From NCBI GenBank assembly GCA_963667785.2, contig CAXXMU010000002.1, forward strand, positions 128,001-192,000: 64,000 nt of DNA. The letters run 5' to 3'. This stretch comes from Alphaproteobacteria bacterium (GTDB taxonomy: Bacteria > Pseudomonadota > Alphaproteobacteria > UBA828). The translations under genes were made by a program, and so were the position numbers. Shown here one piece after another: positions 31,685-41,517 of the stretch. Each line of letters starts with the position of its first letter. The first letter of the stretch is position 1. The notes under the pieces are model-generated. The model worked only from the letters and a program-made list of their open reading frames with translations, searched no databases and was not told where the DNA came from.

Positions 31685-33109
31685 ATGACCGCCGAGGAGC
31701 CCACGGTGACCGATGATCTCTGCTTCACGCCCGCCACTGAGCTAGCGCCGCTGATCCGCAGCAAGGCGCTCTCCCCGGTGGAGCTGATGGATGCCGTGCT
31801 CGCCCGCATCGAGGCCTGCGAGCCCCGCATCAATGCCTTCGCCACGCTGACCGCCGAGCGGGCGCGGGAGGCCGCCGGCCGTGCCGAGGAGGCGCTCATG
31901 CGGGGCGCCGCCGAGGGCGCCCTCTTCGGCCTGCCGGTCACCATCAAGGACCTGACCGAGACCGCAGGGATTCCCACCGAGCGCGGCTCGCACTCGCTGA
32001 AGGGCCATGTGCCGGAGGTGGACGCGCCCGTCATCGGCCGGCTGGAGGGTGCCGGCGCCATCGTCCTCGGCAAGACCACCACGTCGGAGTTCGGCTGGTC
32101 GGGGGTGAGCCACAGCCCGCTCACCGGCATCACGTCGAACCCGTGGAAGGAGGGCTACAACACGGGCGCCTCCTCGGCCGGCGCCGGCGCGGCAGCCGCC
32201 GCCGGCTACGGGCCGCTGCACCAGGGCTCGGACGGCGCCGGCTCGATCCGCATGCCGTCGCACTTCAGCGGCATCTTCGGCCTCAAGCCGACCTACGGGC
32301 GGGTGCCGAACTGGCCGGTGCCGAACAACGACCAGGTCTCCCACGTCGGGCCGATGACCCGCACCGTGGGCGATTCCGCGCTGATGCTGCAGGCGATGGC
32401 AGGCCCGCATGCGTGGGATCACACCAGCCTGGAGGCCCCGCCCGCCGACTACCCAGCGCGGCTGGATGAGGGCATCGCCGGCCTCAGGGTCGCCTACAGC
32501 CCCGACCTCGGCCACGCCAGGGTCGACGATGAGGTCGCGGCCCTGGTCAAGAACGCCGCCAAGGCGTTCGAGGGCCTGGGGTGTACGGTGGAGAGCCCCG
32601 CTCTCCCCTTCGGCCCCGAGGGGCCGGAGATCATCCGCCTGCTCTGGCCGATCCACCTCCACGCCTACCGCCCGCTGCTTGCCGAGTTCGAGGACCGCAT
32701 GGACCCCGGCCTGGTCGCTTGCATCCGCGCGGCCGACGGGATCAGCGGCGCGACTTACCTGGAGACGCGGGCGCGCAAGCTCGCCTACGTGGAATCGGTG
32801 CACCGCTTCTTCGAGGATTGGGACCTGCTGCTCACGCCCGCCGTCTCTGTGCCGGCGTTCCCGGCCGAGCGGCTGCAGCCCGCGCACTGGCCCTCCCATC
32901 CCTGGGACTGGATCATGTGGGCCGAGTTCTCCTACCCCTTCAACTTCAGCCAGAATCCCGCCGCTTCCGTGCCCTGCGGCTTTACCGACGCGGGCCTCCC
33001 GGTGGGGCTGCAGATCGTGGGCAGGCGCTTCGCCGACCTGACCGTGCTGCAGGCGGCGCGGGCCTTCGAGCAGGCACGCCCCTGGGCGGATCGTCGCCCG
33101 GCGCTCTGA
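31685..33109 (+). CDS. Amidase-signature family enzyme
   Basis: IKDL, GASSAG, GSDGAGSIRMP, GLKPT, GLPVGLQIVG. Confidence 0.93.
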   Translation: MTAEEPTVTDDLCFTPATELAPLIRSKALSPVELMDAVLARIEACEPRINAFATLTAERAREAAGRAEEALMRGAAEGALFGLPVTIKDLTETAGIPTERGSHSLKGHVPEVDAPVIGRLEGAGAIVLGKTTTSEFGWSGVSHSPLTGITSNPWKEGYNTGASSAGAGAAAAAGYGPLHQGSDGAGSIRMPSHFSGIFGLKPTYGRVPNWPVPNNDQVSHVGPMTRTVGDSALMLQAMAGPHAWDHTSLEAPPADYPARLDEGIAGLRVAYSPDLGHARVDDEVAALVKNAAKAFEGLGCTVESPALPFGPEGPEIIRLLWPIHLHAYRPLLAEFEDRMDPGLVACIRAADGISGATYLETRARKLAYVESVHRFFEDWDLLLTPAVSVPAFPAERLQPAHWPSHPWDWIMWAEFSYPFNFSQNPAASVPCGFTDAGLPVGLQIVGRRFADLTVLQAARAFEQARPWADRRPAL

Positions 33110-33180
33110 TCCGAGGAGACGGCATCCGGACGCCTATCGGACTTGCGATGCCGCTGCGCCGGCGGCACGACAATTTCCTG

Positions 33181-33244
33181 TTGACAGCCGGCGATGCACC
33201 GGCCACGTTTATCAACTAACAAAAAGAGATTGCGTAAATCGCAA
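33181..33244 (+). promoter_or_regulatory. Putative promoter (TTGACA) and 15-bp operator palindrome TTGCG-N5-CGCAA
   Basis: TTGACA at 33181; AT-rich stretch; perfect 5-bp arms at 33230-33244 upstream of a cluster encoding an IclR regulator. Confidence 0.5.
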
Positions 33245-33330
33245 GTTCGATGCCGCGTGCGGCACGCGAGGAGGATGGCTGCGAGGGCCGGCGGACGGCA
33301 GCCTGACTCCCGGCATCCGGAGGCAGCGTC

Positions 33331-35346
33331 ATGCCGAAGGGTTGGCAGGTCGGGATCGATGTCGGTGGCACGTTCACCGACGTGATCGCCGTGAGCCGGG
33401 CGCATGGCGAGGTCCGCGTTGCCAAGGTCCCCTCCCGCAGCGACGACCGCATCGCCGGTCTGATGGCGGCGCTCGCAGCCGTCGATCTCGACTGGTCGGC
33501 GGTGGACGATCTGATCCACGGCACGACCATCGTCACCAACGCCATCGTCCAGGGCCAGCACGCCAGGGTCGCGCTGATCGCCACCAAGGGGTTCTCGGAC
33601 ACGCTGGCGATCGGGCGCCAGAACCGGCGCCACCTCTACCGGCTCGACCTGCCGCCCAAGCTCCCGCCCCAGGTCCCCGCCGAGCGCCGCTTCGAGGTGA
33701 CCGAGCGGCTCGACCATGAGGGCCGGGTGCTGGTCGCGCTGAACCCGGACTCGGTAGACGACGCCGTCGATAGCATCGCGGCGTGCGGCGCCGAGGCCGT
33801 CGCCGTCTCGCTCCTCCATGCTTACGCGAACCCCGCGCACGAGGAGGCGCTGGGTGCGCGGCTGCGGGCGCGGGTTCCTTACGTGGCGCTCTCGCACCGG
33901 GTGAACCCCGAGGCGCGGGAGTACGAGCGCACGGCGACGACGGCGCTCAGCGCCGGCGTGATGCCGCTGGCCGCGTCCTATCTCGACGAGCTGGAGGAGG
34001 CGAAGCCGGCGGGCTCCGGCCTGCATCTCTTCCATTCCGCGGGCGGCATGGCATCGCCCGCGGCGCTCCGCGACTTGCCGCTCGGCCTCGCCGCCTCTGG
34101 CCCCGCCGCCGGTGTCGCTGCCGCAGGCCGCATGGCCCGCGCGCTCGGGCTGGAACGCGCCATCAGCTTCGACATGGGCGGAACCACTACCGACGTCTGC
34201 CTGATTCTCGACGGCGAGGCGCAGATTTCGAGCGACCGCTCCCTCGGCGGGCGGCCCCTGCGCCAGCCCATGGTGGCGGTGGAGTCCATCGGCGCGGGCG
34301 GCGGCTCCATCGCCCGGCTCGATCACGGCTCTCTCGCGGTCGGGCCGGAAAGCGCCGGCGCGGACCCGGGCCCGGCCTGCTACGCCAGGGGCGGCGACCG
34401 CCCCACGGTGACCGACGCCAATCTGGTGCTCGGCTATATGGACAAGGAGCGTGTTCTCGGCGGCGGCCTCAGCCTCGATGCCGCCGCCGCCCGCGACGCG
34501 CTGGCGCCGCTTGCCGCGGGCATGGAGATGGCCGTGGAGGGTGCCGCTCTGGGCGTCGTCAGGGTGGCCAACGCGGCCATGCTGCGCGCGCTGCGCCGGG
34601 TTACGGTGGAGCGCGGCGTGGATGGCCGCGGCTGCACGCTGCTCGCCTTCGGCGGCGCAGGCCCGATGCATGCGGTGGCGCTGGCGCGCGCCTTCTCCAT
34701 CGCCGACGTCGTGGTTCCCGCCCACTCCAGCATCTTCTCTGCGCTCGGCTGCGTCGGCGCGGAGATGAGCTACGCGCAGCAGCGCACGCTGCGCATGGCG
34801 TCGGACGCCTGGGACGGAACGCGCGTCGACCGGGTGCGGCGGGAGCTGCGCGCCGATCTCGCCGCGCCGCTCGCAGCCGCCGGCCATGACGAGGGCGAGC
34901 TTTCGGTGGAGGAGGTGGCATCGGTCCGCTACCGCAGCCAGAGCTACGCCATCGAGGTGGCGGATGCGTCGTTCGACGACCCGGCCCGCCTGGGCCGCGC
35001 CTTCAGGGAGCGGCATCGGGCGCTCTACGGCTTCGCGACCGAGGAGCCGTGGGAGCTGGAATCGATCCGCATGCGCCTCGCTGCGCCCCGCAACGGCCTC
35101 GCCCATCCGCCCGCCGCCGCGGCCAACGAGGCGCCCGAGCCGGTCGAGACGCTGCCGTGCACGTTCGGGCCCGGCGCGCCGCTGCTGACGCCCCGCTACG
35201 ACCGCGCCGGCCTCGGCCCCGACGTGCCGCTGGCGGGGCCCGTCATCGTCGACGACGCGTGGTCGACCGTCGTGGTGCCGCCCGGTGCGACGCTCACCGC
35301 CGATGCCGCCGGCCATCTCCACATCGCCACGGGGGCGGGCCGGTGA
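33331..35346 (+). CDS. Hydantoinase/oxoprolinase subunit A (ATP-dependent cyclic amide hydrolase)
   Basis: GIDVGGTFTD, HGTT, SGPAAG, DMGGTTTDV, GAGGGSIA, GPESAGADPGPACY, FGGAGPMH. Confidence 0.95.
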   Translation: MPKGWQVGIDVGGTFTDVIAVSRAHGEVRVAKVPSRSDDRIAGLMAALAAVDLDWSAVDDLIHGTTIVTNAIVQGQHARVALIATKGFSDTLAIGRQNRRHLYRLDLPPKLPPQVPAERRFEVTERLDHEGRVLVALNPDSVDDAVDSIAACGAEAVAVSLLHAYANPAHEEALGARLRARVPYVALSHRVNPEAREYERTATTALSAGVMPLAASYLDELEEAKPAGSGLHLFHSAGGMASPAALRDLPLGLAASGPAAGVAAAGRMARALGLERAISFDMGGTTTDVCLILDGEAQISSDRSLGGRPLRQPMVAVESIGAGGGSIARLDHGSLAVGPESAGADPGPACYARGGDRPTVTDANLVLGYMDKERVLGGGLSLDAAAARDALAPLAAGMEMAVEGAALGVVRVANAAMLRALRRVTVERGVDGRGCTLLAFGGAGPMHAVALARAFSIADVVVPAHSSIFSALGCVGAEMSYAQQRTLRMASDAWDGTRVDRVRRELRADLAAPLAAAGHDEGELSVEEVASVRYRSQSYAIEVADASFDDPARLGRAFRERHRALYGFATEEPWELESIRMRLAAPRNGLAHPPAAAANEAPEPVETLPCTFGPGAPLLTPRYDRAGLGPDVPLAGPVIVDDAWSTVVVPPGATLTADAAGHLHIATGAGR

Positions 35347-36938
35347 GCGGCGCCGTCGATCCCGTGACCCTCGAGGTGATCCGCCACGCGCTGACGGCGA
35401 CGGCGGAGGAGATGTCGCTCGTGGTCATGCGCTCGGCGCGCTCGCCGCTGCTGCGCGAGGCCGGCGACCTCTCGTCGGCGCTGACCGATGCCGACGGCCA
35501 CCTCATCGCCCAGGGCCGCGACATTCCCATGCACATGGGGGTGATGAGCTTCACCGTCCGCGAGTTCCTGAAGCGGGTGCCGCGCGAGCGGCTGGAGCCC
35601 GGCGACGTCTGGTTCCTCAACCTGCCGGAGGTCGGCGGCAACCACCTGCCGGACGTGAAGGCGATCCGGCCGATCTTCGTGGACGACGCGATCGTGGCCT
35701 TCGCGGCGAGCCTCGCCCACTGGGCGGATATCGGCGGCGCCGTGCCCGGCAGCTACGTCGCCGGCGCCACCGACGCCTGGCAGGAGGGCCTGCGCATCCC
35801 GCCCTTCCGTCTCTTCACCGCCGCCGGGCCCGACCGCGAGAAGCTCGACATGATCTGCGCCAACGTGCGCGGCGCGGACGAGCGCGAAGGCGACATCCTG
35901 GCCCAGGTCGCGGCCAGCCGGGCGGCCGAGGAGCGCGTGCACCAGATCTGCGCCGAGCACGGCACCGAGACGGTGACCGCCGCCATCGCCGCCATCCACG
36001 ACCGGGCCGAGGCGCAGATGCGCACAGCACTCGCGGCGATCCCCGACGGCGACTACGCGGGCGAGGACTGGCTCGACGACGATGCCGGCGGCGGCGGCCC
36101 CGTCGCCGTCCGCGTGCGCGCGACCATCGCGGGCGATCATGCGCGCTTCGACTTCTCGGAGACCGACGACGCGGCGCGGGGGCCGGTGAACACCACGCCC
36201 TTCATCGCCGCGGCCTCTGTCTTCTACGTGGTGAAGGCGCTGTTCGGTCCCGACATCCAGCCGAGCGGCGGCTGCTACCGGCCGCTGGAGATCGTGACCC
36301 GGCCCGGCTCGCTGCTCGATCCCGGCCCGGAAAGCCCCGTGGTGGGCGGCAATCACGAGACCTCGCAGCGGATCGCCGACGCCGTGTTCCGGGCGCTGGA
36401 GCCGACCGGGCCGGAGCGGCTCACGGCCGGCGGGCCGACCACGTCCGGCCTGGTGCTGTTCGGCGGCAGGCGGAGCGACGGTGCCTGGACCACGCTCTAC
36501 GAGGTCCACGGCGGCGGTGAGGGCGCGCGGCACGACCGCGACGGGGCGCCGGTGATCCGGGTCCACATGTCCAACGTGATGAACACGCCGGCCGAGGTGG
36601 TCGAGGCCGAGTATCCCATCCGCATCGAGTGCCAGCGCCTGCGCCGCGACTCCGGCGGTGCCGGCCGCCACCGCGGCGGCGAGGGGCTGCATCGCGAATA
36701 CAGGGTTCTGGGCGACGACATGTCGGTGACCTCGATGTTCGAGCGCCGCGTGGTGCCGCCCTACGGCCTGCAGGGCGGCGAGGAAGGCGCGCCCTTCCGC
36801 GTGACCGTCGTCCGTGCGGAAGGCCGCAGCTACGACATGCCGGGAAAGGCGAACCTCCGGCTCGGCGAGAACGACCTGGTCGTCGTCGAGAGCTGCGGCG
36901 GCGGCGGATACGGGCAGCCAGAAAGCGAAGGCCGATGA
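35343..36938 (+). CDS. Hydantoinase B/oxoprolinase family subunit
   Basis: GTG overlapping upstream stop; DPVTLEV, GGNHLPD, HWADIGG, QEGLRIPP, NTPAE, SGGAG..RGG, GGGGYG. Confidence 0.95.
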   Translation: MSGAVDPVTLEVIRHALTATAEEMSLVVMRSARSPLLREAGDLSSALTDADGHLIAQGRDIPMHMGVMSFTVREFLKRVPRERLEPGDVWFLNLPEVGGNHLPDVKAIRPIFVDDAIVAFAASLAHWADIGGAVPGSYVAGATDAWQEGLRIPPFRLFTAAGPDREKLDMICANVRGADEREGDILAQVAASRAAEERVHQICAEHGTETVTAAIAAIHDRAEAQMRTALAAIPDGDYAGEDWLDDDAGGGGPVAVRVRATIAGDHARFDFSETDDAARGPVNTTPFIAAASVFYVVKALFGPDIQPSGGCYRPLEIVTRPGSLLDPGPESPVVGGNHETSQRIADAVFRALEPTGPERLTAGGPTTSGLVLFGGRRSDGAWTTLYEVHGGGEGARHDRDGAPVIRVHMSNVMNTPAEVVEAEYPIRIECQRLRRDSGGAGRHRGGEGLHREYRVLGDDMSVTSMFERRVVPPYGLQGGEEGAPFRVTVVRAEGRSYDMPGKANLRLGENDLVVVESCGGGGYGQPESEGR

Positions 36939-37750
36939 ACGCACGAACGAAGCAGGGGAACGGTGCAGTGAAGCTGGATGGCAGGAAGGCAATCGTCACG
37001 GGCGCGGCGAAGGGCATGGGCGCCGCCATCACGACGACGCTGGCGCGCGAGGGCGCCGACGTCGTGCTGACCGCCCGCGACACCGAGCCGCTCGAACGGG
37101 TGGCGGAGGATGTCCGGGCGCTGGGGCGCACGGCCCACGTGATCGGCTGCGACGTGACCGAGGATGCCGAGGTCAAGGCCATGGTCGATGCGGCGCTCGG
37201 CGCCTTCGACGGGCGCATCGACATCCTGGTCAACATCGCCGGCGTCACCGGGCCGATCGAGACGCCGGTGCAGGACATCGACGTGGCCGACTTCGACTAC
37301 GTCATCACCGCCAACGAGCGCGGCACCTTCCTGCCCATCAAGTATGTGGTGCCGACCATGATCGCCCAGCGAAGCGGCAAGATCGTCAATATCGGCGGCA
37401 CCTCGGGCCTGCGCGGCTACGCCATGCGGACCGCCTACAGCGCGTCCAAGTGGGCGGTGCGCGGGATCACGCGCACCGTCGCGCTCGAGGTCGGCAAGTA
37501 CAACGTCAACGTCAACGCCGTCTGCCCCGGCATCGTCGAGACGCCGCGCATGCAGAAGCTCTGCGAGGAGAAGGCCCGCGTGCGCGGCTGGACGGTGGAC
37601 GAGGTGTACGACGAGTACGTGCAGGAGATGTGCCTCAAGCGCGTCACCACCTGCCAGGACGTGGCCAACGCCGTGCTCTTCATGGCGAGCGAGGACAGCC
37701 GCCAGATCACCGGCCAGGCCATCACGGTCGACGGTGGCTGGGACGTGTGA
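36935..37750 (+). CDS. Short-chain dehydrogenase/reductase
   Basis: TGAAKGMG, LVNIAG, YSASK catalytic motif, VDGG. Confidence 0.93.
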   Translation: MNARTKQGNGAVKLDGRKAIVTGAAKGMGAAITTTLAREGADVVLTARDTEPLERVAEDVRALGRTAHVIGCDVTEDAEVKAMVDAALGAFDGRIDILVNIAGVTGPIETPVQDIDVADFDYVITANERGTFLPIKYVVPTMIAQRSGKIVNIGGTSGLRGYAMRTAYSASKWAVRGITRTVALEVGKYNVNVNAVCPGIVETPRMQKLCEEKARVRGWTVDEVYDEYVQEMCLKRVTTCQDVANAVLFMASEDSRQITGQAITVDGGWDV

Positions 37751-37784
37751 GGCGGCAGCGCAGGCGATAGCGGGAGGCGTCACG

Positions 37785-38651
37785 ATGTACGCGCCGTTCG
37801 AACTGGACATTCCGAACGATCTGGCGGGCGCCTTGGCGGCGCTCGCGAACGGGGCCGGCGAGGCGGTTCTCCCCCTCGCCGGCGGCACCAACCTCATCGT
37901 CGACATCCGCGCCGGGCGCGAGCGGCCCGACCGGATGGTGGGCCTCGACGGGGTCGACGAGCTCAAGGGCATGGAGTTCGGGCCGGAGCGCGTCACCATC
38001 GGCGGCCGCACCACGGTGAGTGACCTGCTGCGCTCGCCCGAGATCGCCCGGGAGGCGCCCTCGCTGGTCGAAGCCGCGCGCCTCTTCGGCGGCCTGATGG
38101 TGCGCAACACAGGCACCGTCGCCGGCAACATCGCCAGCGGCTCGCCGGCGGCCGACCTGGTGCCGCCGCTGCTCACGCTCGACGCCGAGTTGGTGCTTCA
38201 GAGCGCCGCGTCCACGCGCACGCTGGCGCTGGACGACTACTACCTCGGCTACAAGCAGGACGCGCGGCGGCCGGACGAGCTGATCACCCGGATCTCGTGG
38301 CCGCGCCTGCCGGAGAACGCCGTCAACACCTTCTACAAGCTCGCCCGGCGCAAGGGCGACGCGATCACGGTGACCGGCGTGGCGGTGACGCTGGCGGCGG
38401 CGGGCGGCACCTGCACCAGGGCGCGGATCGCCCTCGCCTCCGTCGCGCCGGTGGTGCGCCGCGTCAAGGAGGCCGAGGCGCTGCTGGAGGGCCGGGCGCT
38501 GACGCCGTCGCTGATCGACGAGGCGGCGGAGGCGGCGGCGGAGGCGTGCACGCCCATCGACGATATCCGGGCCTCCGCCGATTACCGCCGACACACAGTC
38601 CGGGCGCTGACCCGCCGCCTCGTTGCCGGGGCGTGGGACCGGCTGGCCTAG
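37785..38651 (+). CDS. Xanthine dehydrogenase-family FAD-binding subunit
   Basis: AGGTNL, RNTGTVAGNIA..SP.AD, PIDDIRASADYR. Confidence 0.92.
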   Translation: MYAPFELDIPNDLAGALAALANGAGEAVLPLAGGTNLIVDIRAGRERPDRMVGLDGVDELKGMEFGPERVTIGGRTTVSDLLRSPEIAREAPSLVEAARLFGGLMVRNTGTVAGNIASGSPAADLVPPLLTLDAELVLQSAASTRTLALDDYYLGYKQDARRPDELITRISWPRLPENAVNTFYKLARRKGDAITVTGVAVTLAAAGGTCTRARIALASVAPVVRRVKEAEALLEGRALTPSLIDEAAEAAAEACTPIDDIRASADYRRHTVRALTRRLVAGAWDRLA

Positions 38652-38664
38652 GGGAGTGACGCGC

Positions 38665-39153
38665 ATGTCCGAGACAAGAAACATCACGCTCCGCATCAAC
38701 GGCCGCGAGGAGGAGGGGCGCTTCCCCGCCCATCGCACCCTGCTGGAGGCGCTGCGCCAGCTCGGCCACATGGAGGTGAAGTGCGGCTGCGAGAAGGGCG
38801 ACTGCGGCGCCTGCGCCGTGCTGCTGGACGGCATGGCCGTGGACAGTTGCCTGACGCTGGCCTGGATGGCGGCCGGCAAGGAGGTCACCACCGTCTCCGG
38901 CCTCGGCGATCTCGATGCGCCCCATCCCTTGCAGGAGGCGTTCGCCGACAGCGGCGCCGCGCAGTGCGGCTACTGCATTCCGGGGATCATCATCGCGGCC
39001 CAGGCGATTATCGGCGAGAACCCGGAGCCGACGGAGGACGACATCCGCCTCGGCCTCAGCGGCAATCTCTGCCGCTGCACCGGCTACACCAAGATCTTCG
39101 AGGCCATCGCCGACGCGGCCAGAGAGATGCGCGCCGAGGGAGGTGAGCAATGA
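38665..39153 (+). CDS. Xanthine dehydrogenase-family 2x[2Fe-2S] subunit
   Basis: [22 protein letters not shown]. Confidence 0.95.
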   Translation: MSETRNITLRINGREEEGRFPAHRTLLEALRQLGHMEVKCGCEKGDCGACAVLLDGMAVDSCLTLAWMAAGKEVTTVSGLGDLDAPHPLQEAFADSGAAQCGYCIPGIIIAAQAIIGENPEPTEDDIRLGLSGNLCRCTGYTKIFEAIADAAREMRAEGGEQ

Positions 39154-41492
39154 CCTACACCGACATCGATCCGGGGGCGCTGGCCAACGTCCAGTTCCGG
39201 CAGGTCGGCAAGCCGCTGACCCGCACCGACGCGCCGGGCAAGGTCACCGGGCGGACGCCCTACGCCGGCGACTACGTGATGCCGGGCATGCTGCACATGC
39301 GGGTGGTGCGCGCCGACATCGCGAGCGCCCGCCTCGTCCAGCTCGATGTCTCCCGCGCCAGGGCGCTCAAGGGTGTCGCCTGCGTGCTGACCGCCGCCGA
39401 CATGCCCGACCGCACGTCGGCCACCGACATCCCCGGCCAGACCGGCCAGAAGAGGCTGGATACCGACCAGCCGGTTCTGGTGAAGGATCGGGTCCGCTAC
39501 TTCGGCGAACCGCTCGCCCTGATCGCGGCGGAGACCCGTGACATCGCCGACCACGCGGCGGCGCTCGTCGAGTTCGAGCTTGAGCCGATCCCCGGCGTCT
39601 ACGATCCGCTGGAGGCGCTGAAGCCCGGCGCGCCGCAGGTCTATGGCGCCGACAACATCGTCGCCACGCGCAGGATCAGGAAGGGCGATGTCGAGGCGGG
39701 ATTCGCCCGGGCCGATCTCATCGTCGAGAACACCTACAAGACGCCGTTTCAGGAGCACGCCTTCCTGGAGCCCGAGGTGGGCCTCGCCTGGGTGGACGAG
39801 AACGACGTGGTCAACATCCGCGTCTCGACCCAGGTGATCGAGCACTTCCGGCCCATCGCCGACGCCATCGGCGTGCCGCACAACAAGGTCCGCGTGCGGG
39901 GCGCGCTGGTGGGCGGTGGCTTCGGCGGCAAGGAGGACATGACCGTCGAGGTCTATCTCGCGCTGCTCGCGAAGCACACGGGTAGGCCGGTGCGGCTCGA
40001 ATACTCGCGCGAGGATTCCTTCGTCGGCCACGGCAAGCGCCACCCCTTCATCCTCACCTACCGCACCGGGGTGACGAAGGAGGGCAAGATCACCGCCCTC
40101 GAGGTGACGATGATCGCGGACGCCGGCGCCTACGTCTTCCTCAGCCCCTACGTCATCCTCTACGCGCTGGTCGCAGCCCCCGGCCCCTACCGGGTCGACA
40201 ATCTCAACGTCTTCGCGCAGGCGGTCGCCACCAACAACATGTACACGAGCGCCTTCCGCGGCTTCGGCGCGCTGCAGGCCTGCGCGGCCTACGAGCAGCA
40301 GATGGACGAGATCGCGGACGCGCTCGGCATCGACCGCCTGGAGCTCCGCCGGCGCAACTTCCTGAAGACCGGCGAGCCCATGTCCACCGGCTTCGTCCCG
40401 CCGAGCGCCATCTGGACCGAGCAGTGCGCGGAGAAGGCCTGGGCCGGGCTGGGCGAGCCCACGCCGGCGCAAGGCCCGATACGGACCGGGCGCGGCCTCG
40501 CCTGCTACCAGCAGAGCTACGGCCGCCTCACCTTCCTGCACGACACCTCGGAAGCGTGGGTCGGCGTCGAGATGGACGGCACCGTCGTGGTGCGCTCCGG
40601 CGTCACCGACATCGGTGCCGGCCAGATTTCGGCGCTCGGCCAGATCGCGGTGGAGGTGCTGGGCGTCACGCTGGACAACGTCGTCATCTACAACAGCGAT
40701 TCCGCCGTGACCCCGCTCGCCGGCACCACGACCGCGACGCGCGCGCTCTACATGACCGGCAACGCCGCCAAGCAGGCGGCCGAAGGGCTTCGCGCCCGGC
40801 TGGTCGAACGCGCGGCGCAGGAATTCGGCGTGGCGCCCGACGAGATCGACTTGGGCTTCAACGAGGTCTTCGTCATCGACAGGCCGGAGAAGACCATGCC
40901 GCTGGTCGAGCTGGTGCGGATCTGCGCGGCTGAAGGCATCCACCGCTCGGAACTGGCCATCTTCCGTGCCCCGTTCGGCGATTTCCTCGATCCCGAGACC
41001 GGCCAGGGGCAGGCCCATCCCGACTATGCCTACGGCGCCCACGCGGTGGAGGTTTCCGTCGACGTGGAGACCGGCGAGGTCGAGGTGCTGAAGAGCGTGG
41101 CCGCGCACGATGTCGGCCAGTGCATCAACCCGGCGGCCGTTGAGGGCCAGATTCAGGGAGGCGCGCAGAACGGGCAGGGCTACGCGCTCAGCGAGGAGAT
41201 GCTCTACGAGGAGGGCCGCCTGGTCACGCCGTCGTTCAGCGAGTACCTGATGCCGACGGCCATGGACATGCCGAAGGTCGAGTGCATCATCCTCGAATCC
41301 CGCAGCGGCGTCGGGCCCTTTGGCGCCAAGGGCATCGGCGAGCCGGCCATGACTGCCGTGGCGCCCGCCATCGCCAACGCCGTCGCCGACGCCATCGGCG
41401 TGCGCGTCTTCGAGATGCCGATCACGCCGGAGCGCGTGGTCCGGGCGTTGCACGGGAAGAGCGCTGCGGAACAGGGCCGGGATCCGGCGTGA
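39150..41492 (+). CDS. Xanthine dehydrogenase-family molybdopterin-binding subunit
   Basis: GGGFGGK, AFRGFG, QIQGG, KGIGEP (catalytic Glu). Confidence 0.95.
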   Translation: MTYTDIDPGALANVQFRQVGKPLTRTDAPGKVTGRTPYAGDYVMPGMLHMRVVRADIASARLVQLDVSRARALKGVACVLTAADMPDRTSATDIPGQTGQKRLDTDQPVLVKDRVRYFGEPLALIAAETRDIADHAAALVEFELEPIPGVYDPLEALKPGAPQVYGADNIVATRRIRKGDVEAGFARADLIVENTYKTPFQEHAFLEPEVGLAWVDENDVVNIRVSTQVIEHFRPIADAIGVPHNKVRVRGALVGGGFGGKEDMTVEVYLALLAKHTGRPVRLEYSREDSFVGHGKRHPFILTYRTGVTKEGKITALEVTMIADAGAYVFLSPYVILYALVAAPGPYRVDNLNVFAQAVATNNMYTSAFRGFGALQACAAYEQQMDEIADALGIDRLELRRRNFLKTGEPMSTGFVPPSAIWTEQCAEKAWAGLGEPTPAQGPIRTGRGLACYQQSYGRLTFLHDTSEAWVGVEMDGTVVVRSGVTDIGAGQISALGQIAVEVLGVTLDNVVIYNSDSAVTPLAGTTTATRALYMTGNAAKQAAEGLRARLVERAAQEFGVAPDEIDLGFNEVFVIDRPEKTMPLVELVRICAAEGIHRSELAIFRAPFGDFLDPETGQGQAHPDYAYGAHAVEVSVDVETGEVEVLKSVAAHDVGQCINPAAVEGQIQGGAQNGQGYALSEEMLYEEGRLVTPSFSEYLMPTAMDMPKVECIILESRSGVGPFGAKGIGEPAMTAVAPAIANAVADAIGVRVFEMPITPERVVRALHGKSAAEQGRDPA

Positions 41493-41517
41493 GCGCCGGC
41501 CTGCGGCGAGCCGAGGC

